A stretch of 55,748 nucleotides of DNA from positions 1 through 55,748 of IMG/VR virus record IMGVR_UViG_3300044981_000063; one strand, 5' to 3'. The notes beneath the pieces were generated by a model that saw only the letters and a list, made by a program, of their open reading frames with translations, was not told the DNA's origin and made no database searches. The first letter of the stretch is position 1. Every line of letters starts with the position of its first letter. Of this stretch, positions 26,218 through 35,678 are shown in pieces. The translations under genes were made by a program, and so were the position numbers. The DNA is from a virus. Lineage: Duplodnaviria; Caudoviricetes.

Positions 26218-27407
26218 TATGCGGCCCTTTTCATCGGAGGAAGGTTAGAAATCCTGCGGTAATTTACGCGGTCGAAATTGTCATAGCCCCGGCGGACTGC
26301 GCCCGGATCAACGCGCCTGACTTCGTCAGCCATCACGCCTAACTGAGTCTGCGCCATGCCTTTGAGCCTGTAGGAATACACGGCCAATCCAGATTCCAGC
26401 CTTCCAACCTTCTTGATATCGGTCTTGGCGCGACGATCAGACAGCATGTCGAATTCGCCGTTTCCATCGCCGGTATAGGTCGGCGTTGTGGGAGGTGGCT
26501 GAAAGAGCGCCTGCAGCGATGAATTATTAAGCAGTGTCCCAAAATTGTTTGCTGCTCCTGCATAACCACTGGCTGCGGCAGTTCCGGCATTGGTGAGCGA
26601 ATTGCCAGCGTTCAATGCGCCAGTTGTTAAGGCCGATGCCTGCTGACCAGCACCTGCGGTAAGTGCACTGCTAATTCCAGAAGCAGCAGCAGACCCAGCA
26701 TTACCGGTCATGGCAGCGGCATTCTCGCCCAGGTTTGCGATGCCGGCGATTTCATTGCCATAGGTACCGTACTGGGAGGCGACGCCGCCAAGACCTGCGC
26801 CGTAACTCCCCAGCTGCGAACCGTAATTGCCGAATTGATTGAGAGCGGTTCCATAAAGCTGAGAGGCCATTCCCTGACCGAAAGATTGCGAATCCTTGAG
26901 TTGGCCGCCCGAGAGCAATAATCCGCGCGATGCTGCCGACCGGTCAAGTGACTGCTGGCCCTGCTGCAAGGCGAACTGATAGCCGGGATAATTCTGGAGA
27001 GCCGAATTCATCCCAGCCGCTCCTTGCGGACCCAATCCGAGCATCGACGAAATCGGACCGTTGGAACCATAGAGGCTCGCCAATGGGCCACCTGGACCAT
27101 AGAAGGACGAAAGTTGCCCAAGAGTGGAATTGACCGGACCCTGGGGCCCCAGGAACGACATCAGTCCAGATTGGGCAGTTTGGCCGTTCTGATTGTACGG
27201 TGCCAGATTCGCACTCGTCTGGTTGTACATCTGCAGCTGGGCGGCGGTAGCTTGCTGTGATGCTTGGGCAGATATCTGGGCAGATTGCGTGGCGGCGTTA
27301 GCCTGCGTATTGGCTGCGGCCTGCGCGCCGCTCGCCTGCGTGTTGGCAGAGAGCAAAGATGCGCCGCCACCAATTACCGCCCCGCCGATGGCCGCCGTGA
27401 TTGCCAT
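26217..27407 (-). CDS. DNA-ejection/pilot protein (P22 gp7-like) with C-terminal S74 chaperone-like domain
   Basis: Gly/Ala/Gln-rich; PGYQF..QQG......SAA.RG.L.SG; SDRRAKTDIKKVG...GVMADEV. Confidence 0.8.
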   Translation of the reverse strand: MAITAAIGGAVIGGGASLLSANTQASGAQAAANTQANAATQSAQISAQASQQATAAQLQMYNQTSANLAPYNQNGQTAQSGLMSFLGPQGPVNSTLGQLSSFYGPGGPLASLYGSNGPISSMLGLGPQGAAGMNSALQNYPGYQFALQQGQQSLDRSAASRGLLLSGGQLKDSQSFGQGMASQLYGTALNQFGNYGSQLGSYGAGLGGVASQYGTYGNEIAGIANLGENAAAMTGNAGSAAASGISSALTAGAGQQASALTTGALNAGNSLTNAGTAAASGYAGAANNFGTLLNNSSLQALFQPPPTTPTYTGDGNGEFDMLSDRRAKTDIKKVGRLESGLAVYSYRLKGMAQTQLGVMADEVRRVDPGAVRRGYDNFDRVNYRRISNLPPMKRAA

Positions 27408-27979
27408 TAGGCGGGTTCCTTCAACAGTTTACCGAATTGATTTTCGGTGTGGCCATAGCCAAGCACCTGCAAAACGTTGCCAAGCGTGAGATCAGTCCCG
27501 AACATGCTGTCTGGAATATCTTGGCCGGTAATTTCTTCGACCTCATGAATATCCGAAATCGTCTGGAGAGAATCGCCATATTCTCCCAGAAGCGCATCGC
27601 TCTTGGCATGGTAAAAAACCTTGGAAGCGCCCATGGCACGTAAAGCCTTTTCCACTTCGATGATCAGTGCGATCCCGGTTGCCCCACGCTCTTCTTTGGT
27701 CAGGAAAATCACATCATTGACGGCGAATACATCGCCTTTGTAATGCCGATGGCGCATGACGTAGAAGGCATTATAACCGACGAGATCACCGTCACGGCGT
27801 GCGGACCAAGTGATAAACCGACCTTGCCGCTCATCTTCCAGATAACCGGGCCAATCCGGGTCGAGAGCGATAGCGTCCCTGTTATGCGCCACCTCTTCCC
27901 AGTGCTCGCGCAAGAGCGCTTCAAGGCCGGAATCCAAAAGGCCGGCCAAAGGTTCGCGCGCGATGACGATGGCGCTCAA
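27407..27979 (-). CDS. GNAT-fold acetyltransferase-like virion-module protein
   Basis: L..HWEEV...LDPDW..Y; AR.DG.LVGY; H.HY....A.ND.IFL.KE.RG..G..L. Confidence 0.8.
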   Translation of the reverse strand: MSAIVIAREPLAGLLDSGLEALLREHWEEVAHNRDAIALDPDWPGYLEDERQGRFITWSARRDGDLVGYNAFYVMRHRHYKGDVFAVNDVIFLTKEERGATGIALIIEVEKALRAMGASKVFYHAKSDALLGEYGDSLQTISDIHEVEEITGQDIPDSMFGTDLTLGNVLQVLGYGHTENQFGKLLKEPA

Positions 27980-28545
27980 TGCACGACCTCCGGCTTGCGA
28001 ACATCGACAATCAAATGTATGCGCGGATTATTTCCAAAATTGACGGCAGAGTGCAGCACGCGATTGTTGAGGAAGGTAAGCTGGCCAACAGGCAAATTAA
28101 GTGCCATCCCGCCGCAGAAAGTCAAAGCACCAGCCGACGGTACTAGGCAGACGTGAAACCGATCATGCGCCTGGGCATATGGTCCCTGATCAGTGTGCCA
28201 ATCGACCCACCCGCCAGCCTTGAGCGATACAATCATGGCCTTGCCAAATAGCGGTTCAACTCCGGAACGCTGGATATGGGATTTGGCAATCGCTGCCATT
28301 ACCTGCTGAGCGCTTTGCCAATCGTTGAAAACCTGAGTATCGGCGTGGGGGATATCCTCAAACCAGGATTCGGTGGTGATCTCGCCTATAGGGACACGCA
28401 AGTAGATAGCCTGAGTATCATGATGGGGAGAACCTGGAATTTCCTGGCGGCGCGTTTCGTCCGTGAAATGCACGGCTTTTTTCAGCACTAGCGTCGCGGC
28501 CATGCGCGACACATCAATGAAATCCACAGGAAGAATGAAGTTCAT
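27976..28545 (-). CDS. Aspartyl/asparaginyl beta-hydroxylase-like 2OG-Fe(II) oxygenase
   Basis: L.AGG.V.WHTD.G.Y....RFH; NN...HSAVN.G...RIHLIVD (HxD...H triad). Confidence 0.88.
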   Translation of the reverse strand: MNFILPVDFIDVSRMAATLVLKKAVHFTDETRRQEIPGSPHHDTQAIYLRVPIGEITTESWFEDIPHADTQVFNDWQSAQQVMAAIAKSHIQRSGVEPLFGKAMIVSLKAGGWVDWHTDQGPYAQAHDRFHVCLVPSAGALTFCGGMALNLPVGQLTFLNNRVLHSAVNFGNNPRIHLIVDVRKPEVVH

Positions 28546-28744
28546 GGTCAGACTGGCCTATTCTGCTGGGGAACGGGGCTATCTGACTGGCTGGACTACG
28601 AGATACCACAACACGCCAAAATGGGGAAGTGGAGCAGATGGCAGAACAATCACCCCCTGCGTACCAAGGCTGGGCACCTTGCGACCATGGTTCTGGCCCA
28701 CATCCGCAGCGCAATTAATATCCGAGTTCTCAATGGATTGAAAC

Positions 28745-28906
28745 TTAGCGCGCACCACGGCCAGGAAGCCGCTGAGTCTTCTGCTGGATGGCCGGCGGTT
28801 TCTGGGCTTTTGTTGCCGCCTTGATGCCAGCGCGATCATGAGGCTGGGTGCTCCAATGCGCTGTCGAACATAAACGGCAATATGGTGGCGAACACGCTTT
28901 TGTCAT
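28745..28906 (-). CDS. 53-aa protein with CRLC..AHW..QPH motif (not in ORF track)
   Basis: MTKACSPPYCRLCSTAHWSTQPHDRAG...; TAATG coupling with upstream gene. Confidence 0.6.
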   Translation of the reverse strand: MTKACSPPYCRLCSTAHWSTQPHDRAGIKAATKAQKPPAIQQKTQRLPGRGAR

Positions 28907-29202
28907 TACCCTATCCTCCAAGCTGCGCCATCCGAAAATGTAGGCACGTTATTAGCCCCTCCACCAGCTACAACGGAATTAAAGGTGGTTGCGGTGGCGT
29001 CCGAAACAAAGAACCGTGCCCCAGCTGGATATGGTTGGGCGGGCAGACTTGCCACCGTTACTGGGGTCGTCAAGTTAGTGAGGCTCGTCCAAAGCTGCTG
29101 AAGGAATGATATGAATGTCAGGGTTGCGAGGCCGGACGAGACATTAACAATCGGCAGCTTCGTGACAGGTGGTGGTGTGCCGCTGAGAAGTGGACTGACC
29201 AT
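28906..29202 (-). CDS. Small tail-associated protein
   Basis: TVASLP......GARFFVSDA...F...VAGGGAN.VP.FSDG..WRIG. Confidence 0.75.
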   Translation of the reverse strand: MVSPLLSGTPPPVTKLPIVNVSSGLATLTFISFLQQLWTSLTNLTTPVTVASLPAQPYPAGARFFVSDATATTFNSVVAGGGANNVPTFSDGAAWRIG

Positions 29203-30636
29203 TTATTGCATTCCTAACTCAATGTCAGCATATGCGCCGATCAAGACGCGCTTTACTGGATCGGAAATAACGAGCCTAAATGTCCACTGATATGCCTGTC
29301 CTAACGAAAGCCAGCGCAGACGTTTGGTAAATTCTCCAATCTTACCCATAGAACGCCAAGGCTGCAGGACCGACCAAGTTTTGCCGCCGTCCTTGGACCA
29401 TTGTAGCATGGCCTGCGGAGTTGATCCCTGGCCTGATGCTGTTCCTACACCGGTCTCCATGTCGATTTCGAGCCGGGGAATGAAAATTCGGCGCCTGTCC
29501 TGGGCTAATGTGGAGGAGCAAACCAGCATCTGCATGGTGTTTCCATCCTCCGTGTAATTATTCCAGTCCAGAATAAAAATTTTTCCTGTCAGAAAATCTC
29601 CAACCAGGATGCGCGTATAAATCTGGATGGCGCAGTTCCCGCGCCAACGCATCAAATCTGCATTAAACGAATCTCGGGAATATCTCTCATGCCAAAACTG
29701 TGTCGAAATATCATAGACCCAAGAATGCGGGACGGACGGGAATGTCACATGGATCATTTTATGGCCTTCCAATGTATAGGTCATGCAGACCGCATCGGAA
29801 ACGCCGCCATAAGTGGCAAAGGCGTGCTCCACCCCATGCTGAGACACCCTAACCGGAACATTGCCTTGGAGGCGGTAAAAGACCAGATCCTGGCCGAGGA
29901 AAAAAAGCGCCTCGTCTTGGGCGATCACAGTAAGAGGTGAAACACAGCCCTTCTCGATCACGCCGCCAGCATAACGTTGGAATGGAAATGAAGGAGTTCC
30001 AGCGTCGTACCACATCTCGATATGATTCTGGCAGAACAGGAACAGAAGCTGGAGATTCTGAGCAACTGCCACGAGGAATCCTGGCTGCGCTTCTGCGGTC
30101 GCAAAATCAAGACCGGAATAGGTCATCCCGTCATATAGCGCGGACAGAAAGAATTCGTTGGTCCCAACGCGATCAAAAACGAAATATCCATCAAAAAATA
30201 TGACGGTGTTGGCAGGATAGAAATTTAGATTGAATATTTGCTGAAAGCGAAGATCAGGAAAGATATTTGTCCGATTTGGATTGTAGTCCCAGCCTCCAAA
30301 GCCATTGACGATCACAAGCTCAATGCCGTTATCGGCCATTGAGACATTCCCGGTCCCGGTGATGCCAGAACCAATAAATGTCGCAACTCCGGTAAAATCA
30401 AAACTATAAAGACTGGTGCCAATTACGGCAAAGAGAACGCCGTTGAAGTTCCAAAACCCGCGGACATCGACATCCGAAACCTGCGACCATGTGGTTAGTC
30501 CCGGTGCGCCGAATACCGGAACTTGGCTCTTGGCTCCCTCCGGTTGTTTTTCTAGGAAGGCGTTGGACACCTGTTGGGCCGAGAGCGGGATTGATCTGCT
30601 CGTATATGATTGCGTAGCAAATAATATTTGCGGCAT
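29203..30636 (-). CDS. Packaged-DNA stabilization / tail nozzle protein (P22 gp10-like)
   Basis: VSMADNG; F.DGYFVF; LDFATAE..P; W.YD..T..WHE; WS.DGG.TW; G..GE..KR.RW..LG. Confidence 0.9.
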   Translation of the reverse strand: MPQILFATQSYTSRSIPLSAQQVSNAFLEKQPEGAKSQVPVFGAPGLTTWSQVSDVDVRGFWNFNGVLFAVIGTSLYSFDFTGVATFIGSGITGTGNVSMADNGIELVIVNGFGGWDYNPNRTNIFPDLRFQQIFNLNFYPANTVIFFDGYFVFDRVGTNEFFLSALYDGMTYSGLDFATAEAQPGFLVAVAQNLQLLFLFCQNHIEMWYDAGTPSFPFQRYAGGVIEKGCVSPLTVIAQDEALFFLGQDLVFYRLQGNVPVRVSQHGVEHAFATYGGVSDAVCMTYTLEGHKMIHVTFPSVPHSWVYDISTQFWHERYSRDSFNADLMRWRGNCAIQIYTRILVGDFLTGKIFILDWNNYTEDGNTMQMLVCSSTLAQDRRRIFIPRLEIDMETGVGTASGQGSTPQAMLQWSKDGGKTWSVLQPWRSMGKIGEFTKRLRWLSLGQAYQWTFRLVISDPVKRVLIGAYADIELGMQ

Positions 30637-30639
30637 CGG

Positions 30640-31644
30640 CTACCTCGTTTGCGACGAGGCGCGGCCAAAGTAAACTGAGCCTTTTTCACGATCCCAGCCT
30701 TCGATCAATTCCTTTTTCTCCATCGCCATGATTTTAATGCGATCCCAGCGTTCTGCCGGAATGGAATATCCCGGTCCAAGCTCTTTGGCGAGATTCCAGA
30801 TAATGGCGTTCTGCCATTCCTGCGGAAAATCTCCAGTATTGGCCTGTGTCACCCAATCTTGGATAGGACGATAGGCGGTGAAGCGCAGGGCATATGTTGC
30901 GTTGACCGGCACATTCCAAACCCACATCTCACCCTGGTCGCGTGCAGGATTATAGAAAACCTGATTGACCAGACCGGGGGTATTTGGACTAGGCAGGTTC
31001 ATGAAATCCTGCCGGGATGACATGGGGCCTATCGGGGTGACGATGCCGCCCCAATCAGGTGCCGCTACGGTCCCGGCCACCAGATTAGGCGCATATTGAA
31101 GCCTGCGGGCCTGGGGAACGTCCAGGGGCCTAATCAGGGCAGCGGAAGCCGGATAGGTGATCACAGATGCCTGGGCATTGGCTGGGCCCGCAAGGGGCGC
31201 TGCGGGGGTCACATTGCCTCCTGAGGGAGGGGTGCTCACCGTCGTCCATTGCATATTTCCGGCCGCCAGCAGGATACCGAGGTTGTCGCCACTATTTATC
31301 CCCGTTGTGACGCCAAGATTTAGAATGCTCGCGCCCGCGTTATAGGAAACCTGAAGCTGGGAATAGACCCATGAATTGGCGTCGCAGGCCTGATCAGTTG
31401 TCGTGCCACCTAGCAAATAGCGCCGTTGGTATTGCTGGAGGAATAGAACGGCCTCTTGCTCCGTCCAGATATGAATGCCGGTCGCTTCCCACTCCTTGGT
31501 CATGGAATTTAGGGTGGAAAGGCCATCGGCATATTGACCTTGCGTTGGCGTTTCATCCTCGTTGATCACGGCCATCTTACGAAAGGCCTGCGTGATGATC
31601 TGCACCGTGTTTTGGTTCCATGCCGTGATCCCTGAGGCAGTCAT
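30640..31644 (-). CDS. Head-tail adaptor (P22 gp4 / tail tubular A-like)
   Basis: II..A.RK......E.P......L..LN.M..EW; DFPQEW..AI.WNLA.EL.P.Y. Confidence 0.8.
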   Translation of the reverse strand: MTASGITAWNQNTVQIITQAFRKMAVINEDETPTQGQYADGLSTLNSMTKEWEATGIHIWTEQEAVLFLQQYQRRYLLGGTTTDQACDANSWVYSQLQVSYNAGASILNLGVTTGINSGDNLGILLAAGNMQWTTVSTPPSGGNVTPAAPLAGPANAQASVITYPASAALIRPLDVPQARRLQYAPNLVAGTVAAPDWGGIVTPIGPMSSRQDFMNLPSPNTPGLVNQVFYNPARDQGEMWVWNVPVNATYALRFTAYRPIQDWVTQANTGDFPQEWQNAIIWNLAKELGPGYSIPAERWDRIKIMAMEKKELIEGWDREKGSVYFGRASSQTR

Positions 31645-31940
31645 GCCACCACCTCAAGATACTCGCGGGCGATGTGCTCAATGTTCTTGCTTGGCCACAT
31701 GACCTTGACGCGATGCTGGCGCTGCTCGAAACCGATGACCTCGCCGACGATATCTTTATCTCTTGCCCGGCCGCCAGCCTTGGATTGGGAAAGCTTCTTA
31801 TGAGCAGCGGCGTTTAGGACCACTTTCGTACCGTCTAGGAGTGCCACAGCAGGATTTCGTAAGGCAGCATTCTGTGCCTTTAGCGCAGCCACTTCGGCTA
31901 GTATTTCCTCCATCGTCTTCGGTTCTTGTGTCTCGCTCAT
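31641..31940 (-). CDS. Hypothetical protein
   Basis: ATGA-coupled on both sides. Confidence 0.65.
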   Translation of the reverse strand: MSETQEPKTMEEILAEVAALKAQNAALRNPAVALLDGTKVVLNAAAHKKLSQSKAGGRARDKDIVGEVIGFEQRQHRVKVMWPSKNIEHIAREYLEVVA

Positions 31941-32398
31941 GGCCCCACAGATCCGTAATTCACCACATCGTTACCAGATTGCGCCGTATAAGGCATTGGG
32001 GCGGCAATAGTAATTCCAAGCGTAGTTGAAGGGCCGACCTGTGCAGTATTAAACATCACCCCATTGTCAAGCATGATCCCGACGGCATTGCCGGCCGTAA
32101 ATGTATTGACGGCATTCAGGGGAATGAAAGTGGCCCCGATAGCAACATTAGCCGAGATTTGTGCGTAAACGGGGCCATAGAATCCCGGGGGAGGGCTGGG
32201 ACGGGGATTTGGAACGGTTTGTATGTCAGGTACCCCGCGAACGAAATCCTGTGGCTGGCGCTCTTCCCAGAGGTCTTTACCTACGATCAACCCGTTCCAT
32301 TCTTGCTGAGTATCATCAGCCCGTCGCACGAAGCCAGACCGGTCATCGGCCCTGAAAAACGATCCTGGGCGGTATTGAATTCCTCTTTGCCGTCCCAT
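31937..32398 (-). CDS. Conserved podovirus structural-module protein
   Basis: DDRSGF......EWNGL.V....E.RQPQDFVRGV.D.Q..P.PRP. Confidence 0.75.
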   Translation of the reverse strand: MGRQRGIQYRPGSFFRADDRSGFVRRADDTQQEWNGLIVGKDLWEERQPQDFVRGVPDIQTVPNPRPSPPPGFYGPVYAQISANVAIGATFIPLNAVNTFTAGNAVGIMLDNGVMFNTAQVGPSTTLGITIAAPMPYTAQSGNDVVNYGSVGP

Positions 32399-32461
32399 AG
32401 TGGAATTCCTTGTCAATCACTTTTGGACAATAGCATCATCTTCGTCGCCGTTAGGCTGATT

Positions 32462-34369
32462 TTAACTACCGCTTGAAGTTTGCGGCACGATAATTGCCAG
32501 CCGTGCCTTCGTCGCCGCGAGGTTTGTCTCCGCAGATGCAATATCTGACTTAGCTATAGTGAGAGTCGTAGCGGCCGCAGCGGCAGCCAAATTTATCTCA
32601 GCTGCTGCTAGATTCGCCTGCGCCTCTCCCACGAGGAATAATATCTCAGCAATAGGCAGAGTCGAAGTAACGGGCACCGGAGCGGGCGTAGGTGCAGGGC
32701 TTGGCGCAGGGATAGGCGTGGGTGCTGGCGCAGGTGCTGGTGTTGGATTCGGCAGAGTGACGACGCCCTGAGGAGCCACATTGATCGAAACTCGATCCTG
32801 CATGAAATTCTGCTTCAGGATCATCGCGTGGTTGAGCGCATAATCGGCTTCGATGGTCGGCCACGCGCTGAGAATATCCAAGCCCGGCAGTTTCATGCGG
32901 GCAAGCCGGACGGCCAAAGCGAGCGCAGCGTGGGTGTCCAGCAACGAATAGCGGTCCCAATTGATGAACTGGCCACCGCCTGTCGGGTCTTTGACCAGCG
33001 CCGCGACCTGGGCCTGTGTGAGGTTGTTGGAGCCGCCTGCCGTTGCATTCACTGCTGCGACAAGGTTCGTCCATGCAGCCCCCCAGGTCAAGAAATCCAT
33101 CGGCTTCATTGTCGCCAGGACGGCAGTATCCAGGAACGAGTTGGCGAAAGCCGGAGAGACTACGAGATAATACGCCGTCGGCATGGCGACGGGCCAGCCG
33201 GCTTTCCCGTTGACGCGTGGTTGTAGATTACGGGTGATCGTCCAGAGGTAAAACACCTGCCATTCCGGAAAATGCTCCGCGATGAAGGCCAGCGTGATGT
33301 TCATGTAGTCCTGCTCGAAGAATGGGACTTTCGCCACCATCGGGAAGCACCCGAACGTGTCGAACGCCGGGTTGTTCATGTAGGTCGCGGTGAAGAACGC
33401 GAGCTGGTTGTCGAGGATCGTCTTCCAATAGCTGGATGGGTGAAGCCACGCCGGGACGGAGCCGAAGTCTTTTTCGTAGAGAGCCGTCGCATAGGCGGCT
33501 TGTGCGATGTCGCGGAGAATCCAAGCCGCCGTCCGGGTCTGGCCCTGAGAGACATGATAGGTGGTTGACGAACTCCAGAAATTGTCCTGGAGCATGCACT
33601 TCGTCGTGGCGAACTGCATGATCTCCAGATAGTAAATATCATGCGTGGCCAAGAACGCCATGAATGCTGGCGACGGATTATGGCCCGCTTCCCAATTCCA
33701 GCGGCCCGATGTCGATGCACCAGCGGGAGCGTCCGGTCCGATATAATTTGCCGCCCCTTGGGCCGGCCCGTAGTCCTGAATCTGTGGGTGTTTGATGAAA
33801 TCGAATGGTTGTCCCGTCGCCGGATCGATGCACCAGATCGGCGCTGACTGGAACCCCTCCACTGTGTTCATCATCGGGACGGGATCGCCGGTCAGCATGT
33901 AATTGGCGTCCCACTCGGGAACGAATCCGATATCGTTGCGCTCTCCAGTGGTGCCCATGTTCTGGGTGATGCCGTCTGCGGAGCCTGGAACTGGGACGGG
34001 AGCGGTTGGGGGTGACGCCTGCGCTATGTTCGGGATCACGCCATATGGCAGCGTGTCGTTCGCCGCGAGTATCTGCGCCGGGGTGAACTTGATCGAAGCC
34101 GGTGTCTGGCGATAGGTCACGCGCCCACGCCATTGAAGCTGCGGAACGGCTAGGGTCTTGACCAGCGTGGTGCCGCTATAGAAATCAATCGTGAAGGCAC
34201 CAAGATCGAATGCGGGCAGAGGCGCAGCGGGCCATTGCTCTACGCCAAGTTGGAGCGCGGCATAGTTCGGACGAAAGAACGCCTGAAGTCCGGGTAGTAT
34301 GGGGCCATTAGGGACATTGGGAAACGCATAATCCTTGCCGTTGATGTGGGCGACGAGATTGTCGATCAT
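32462..34369 (-). CDS. Large protein, possible glycan-acting alpha-barrel with PAPAP linker and C-terminal coil
   Basis: Trp/Tyr-rich core (TGERNDIG..PEW; H.PS.AF.AFL.T.D.YYLE.MQF; Q.R..AW.LR); PTPAPAPAPTPIPAPSPAP. Confidence 0.55.
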   Translation of the reverse strand: MIDNLVAHINGKDYAFPNVPNGPILPGLQAFFRPNYAALQLGVEQWPAAPLPAFDLGAFTIDFYSGTTLVKTLAVPQLQWRGRVTYRQTPASIKFTPAQILAANDTLPYGVIPNIAQASPPTAPVPVPGSADGITQNMGTTGERNDIGFVPEWDANYMLTGDPVPMMNTVEGFQSAPIWCIDPATGQPFDFIKHPQIQDYGPAQGAANYIGPDAPAGASTSGRWNWEAGHNPSPAFMAFLATHDIYYLEIMQFATTKCMLQDNFWSSSTTYHVSQGQTRTAAWILRDIAQAAYATALYEKDFGSVPAWLHPSSYWKTILDNQLAFFTATYMNNPAFDTFGCFPMVAKVPFFEQDYMNITLAFIAEHFPEWQVFYLWTITRNLQPRVNGKAGWPVAMPTAYYLVVSPAFANSFLDTAVLATMKPMDFLTWGAAWTNLVAAVNATAGGSNNLTQAQVAALVKDPTGGGQFINWDRYSLLDTHAALALAVRLARMKLPGLDILSAWPTIEADYALNHAMILKQNFMQDRVSINVAPQGVVTLPNPTPAPAPAPTPIPAPSPAPTPAPVPVTSTLPIAEILFLVGEAQANLAAAEINLAAAAAATTLTIAKSDIASAETNLAATKARLAIIVPQTSSGS

Positions 34370-34372
34370 GTC

Positions 34373-35677
34373 TTATTCCTCTCCGGCCCAGCGGCGCGGT
34401 ATGAAGTCTTCGTTATCGCCCAGCATAATATCCGCTGGGATCAAGGTTTCGATCAGCCTATGCCGTGCCGTGGCAGACCCGGTACCGATGTCGAACGCGC
34501 TAATCCGAATGCTTATATATGGGCGCTTGGTCGTCGTAGCCGAACTCCACGCCGCGTTTTTCCGCGTGTAATAATCGTTGCTCTGACTACCGTTGAAGGT
34601 GGTGTCCATAGCATTGGCCGCGTCAAAAACAACGTTGGTCGTTGTGATATTTCCAGCACCGGTCGCCACAAAGCCTGCACGATACGCGGTCGCTGCCGAA
34701 AAAGCCGCTGGTGCGTAGCCGAAACATTGCGCGGCTTGATTGAAGCTTCCTGCGCCGCCGCCAGTTGCGCGCGACCATAGCGGGTTTGGGGAAACTGTCC
34801 CCAAAACATTTGGCGTTGAAGCTGTGTCGGTGAGTTCGGCATTGAAGGTTGCAGTGGAACCCGCTACTGCCACACCGCCGCAAGTGGCGTCAATATACCC
34901 GCCAAAATTGAACAGAAGCCCGATACCTGTTTCATTGAACCCGCTGCTGCTGTTATAGGCGTCGGCGTTCGGGCTGTTCCAAATATCGTATGGGTAGCTG
35001 CCCATAAGCGTGGCGATTTTGCCGCTTCCTAGTGTGAAGTAAATGGAAGGCGGTGAGGTGCCGTTATTAGTCCAAGATACTCCGCTATTTGTGGACCCGT
35101 TTAATTGAAGGCCATATCCACCATCGTAAAGTTGAGTAACGCCACCAAGCCGGATATTGCCGGTGTCATAGCCGGATGTTTTCAGATGGACTACAATCGG
35201 TTGACCGTTGGTAACGGTTGGCGGTGTTGTCAAAGCCGGACTTGTCGCCATGCCGCCATTGGGGAATGCGCTGAAAGCTTCCGTTGCCGACGCACCGGCA
35301 GAAACCAACCCGCCAGGATTTACCGGTGGTCCACTCGTGCCCCAATTCTCGATACTCCAAACAACTGACCCGGTGCAGCCAGAACAAGTTTTGGATGCAG
35401 TATTTATGGTAATGGTCGAAATTGTATCGGTGCCGCCGTTTTGAAAAGTTTTATCCTGTCCATAGAGATATCCAACTATGGCGATTTCATTTGTTGCGGC
35501 GCTGAGATTTGTGCCAATGCCGCCGCTGTTCGCCCATGGCCCAGGTCCGCCACTATCCGGGATAGCAGGAAAAACAAGCCCCTGCCCCGGCACCTGCGCA
35601 ATATACGCCCGTGCGGGCAGAGTTTCAGGAAGCACGAACAGCGTAGACGCGAGAAGAATGTTTGCGATCTTCCTCAT
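34373..35677 (-). CDS. Beta-rich appendage-like protein with signal peptide; paralog of 35679-36893
   Basis: MRKIANILLASTLFVLPETLPARA; LTDTASTPNVL; 4 Cys. Confidence 0.7.
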   Translation of the reverse strand: MRKIANILLASTLFVLPETLPARAYIAQVPGQGLVFPAIPDSGGPGPWANSGGIGTNLSAATNEIAIVGYLYGQDKTFQNGGTDTISTITINTASKTCSGCTGSVVWSIENWGTSGPPVNPGGLVSAGASATEAFSAFPNGGMATSPALTTPPTVTNGQPIVVHLKTSGYDTGNIRLGGVTQLYDGGYGLQLNGSTNSGVSWTNNGTSPPSIYFTLGSGKIATLMGSYPYDIWNSPNADAYNSSSGFNETGIGLLFNFGGYIDATCGGVAVAGSTATFNAELTDTASTPNVLGTVSPNPLWSRATGGGAGSFNQAAQCFGYAPAAFSAATAYRAGFVATGAGNITTTNVVFDAANAMDTTFNGSQSNDYYTRKNAAWSSATTTKRPYISIRISAFDIGTGSATARHRLIETLIPADIMLGDNEDFIPRRWAGEE

Positions 35678-35678
35678 G

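Noticed and set aside
28579-28839. 86-aa minus ORF from the track
   Set aside because: A better-coupled 53-aa ORF (28745-28906) in another frame occupies the upstream part; the 86-aa frame lacks an RBS and motifs
32670-32760. Short repeats as CRISPR or DGR variable region
   Set aside because: They encode a PAPAPT linker; no repeat-spacer periodicity, cas gene or reverse transcriptase in the window
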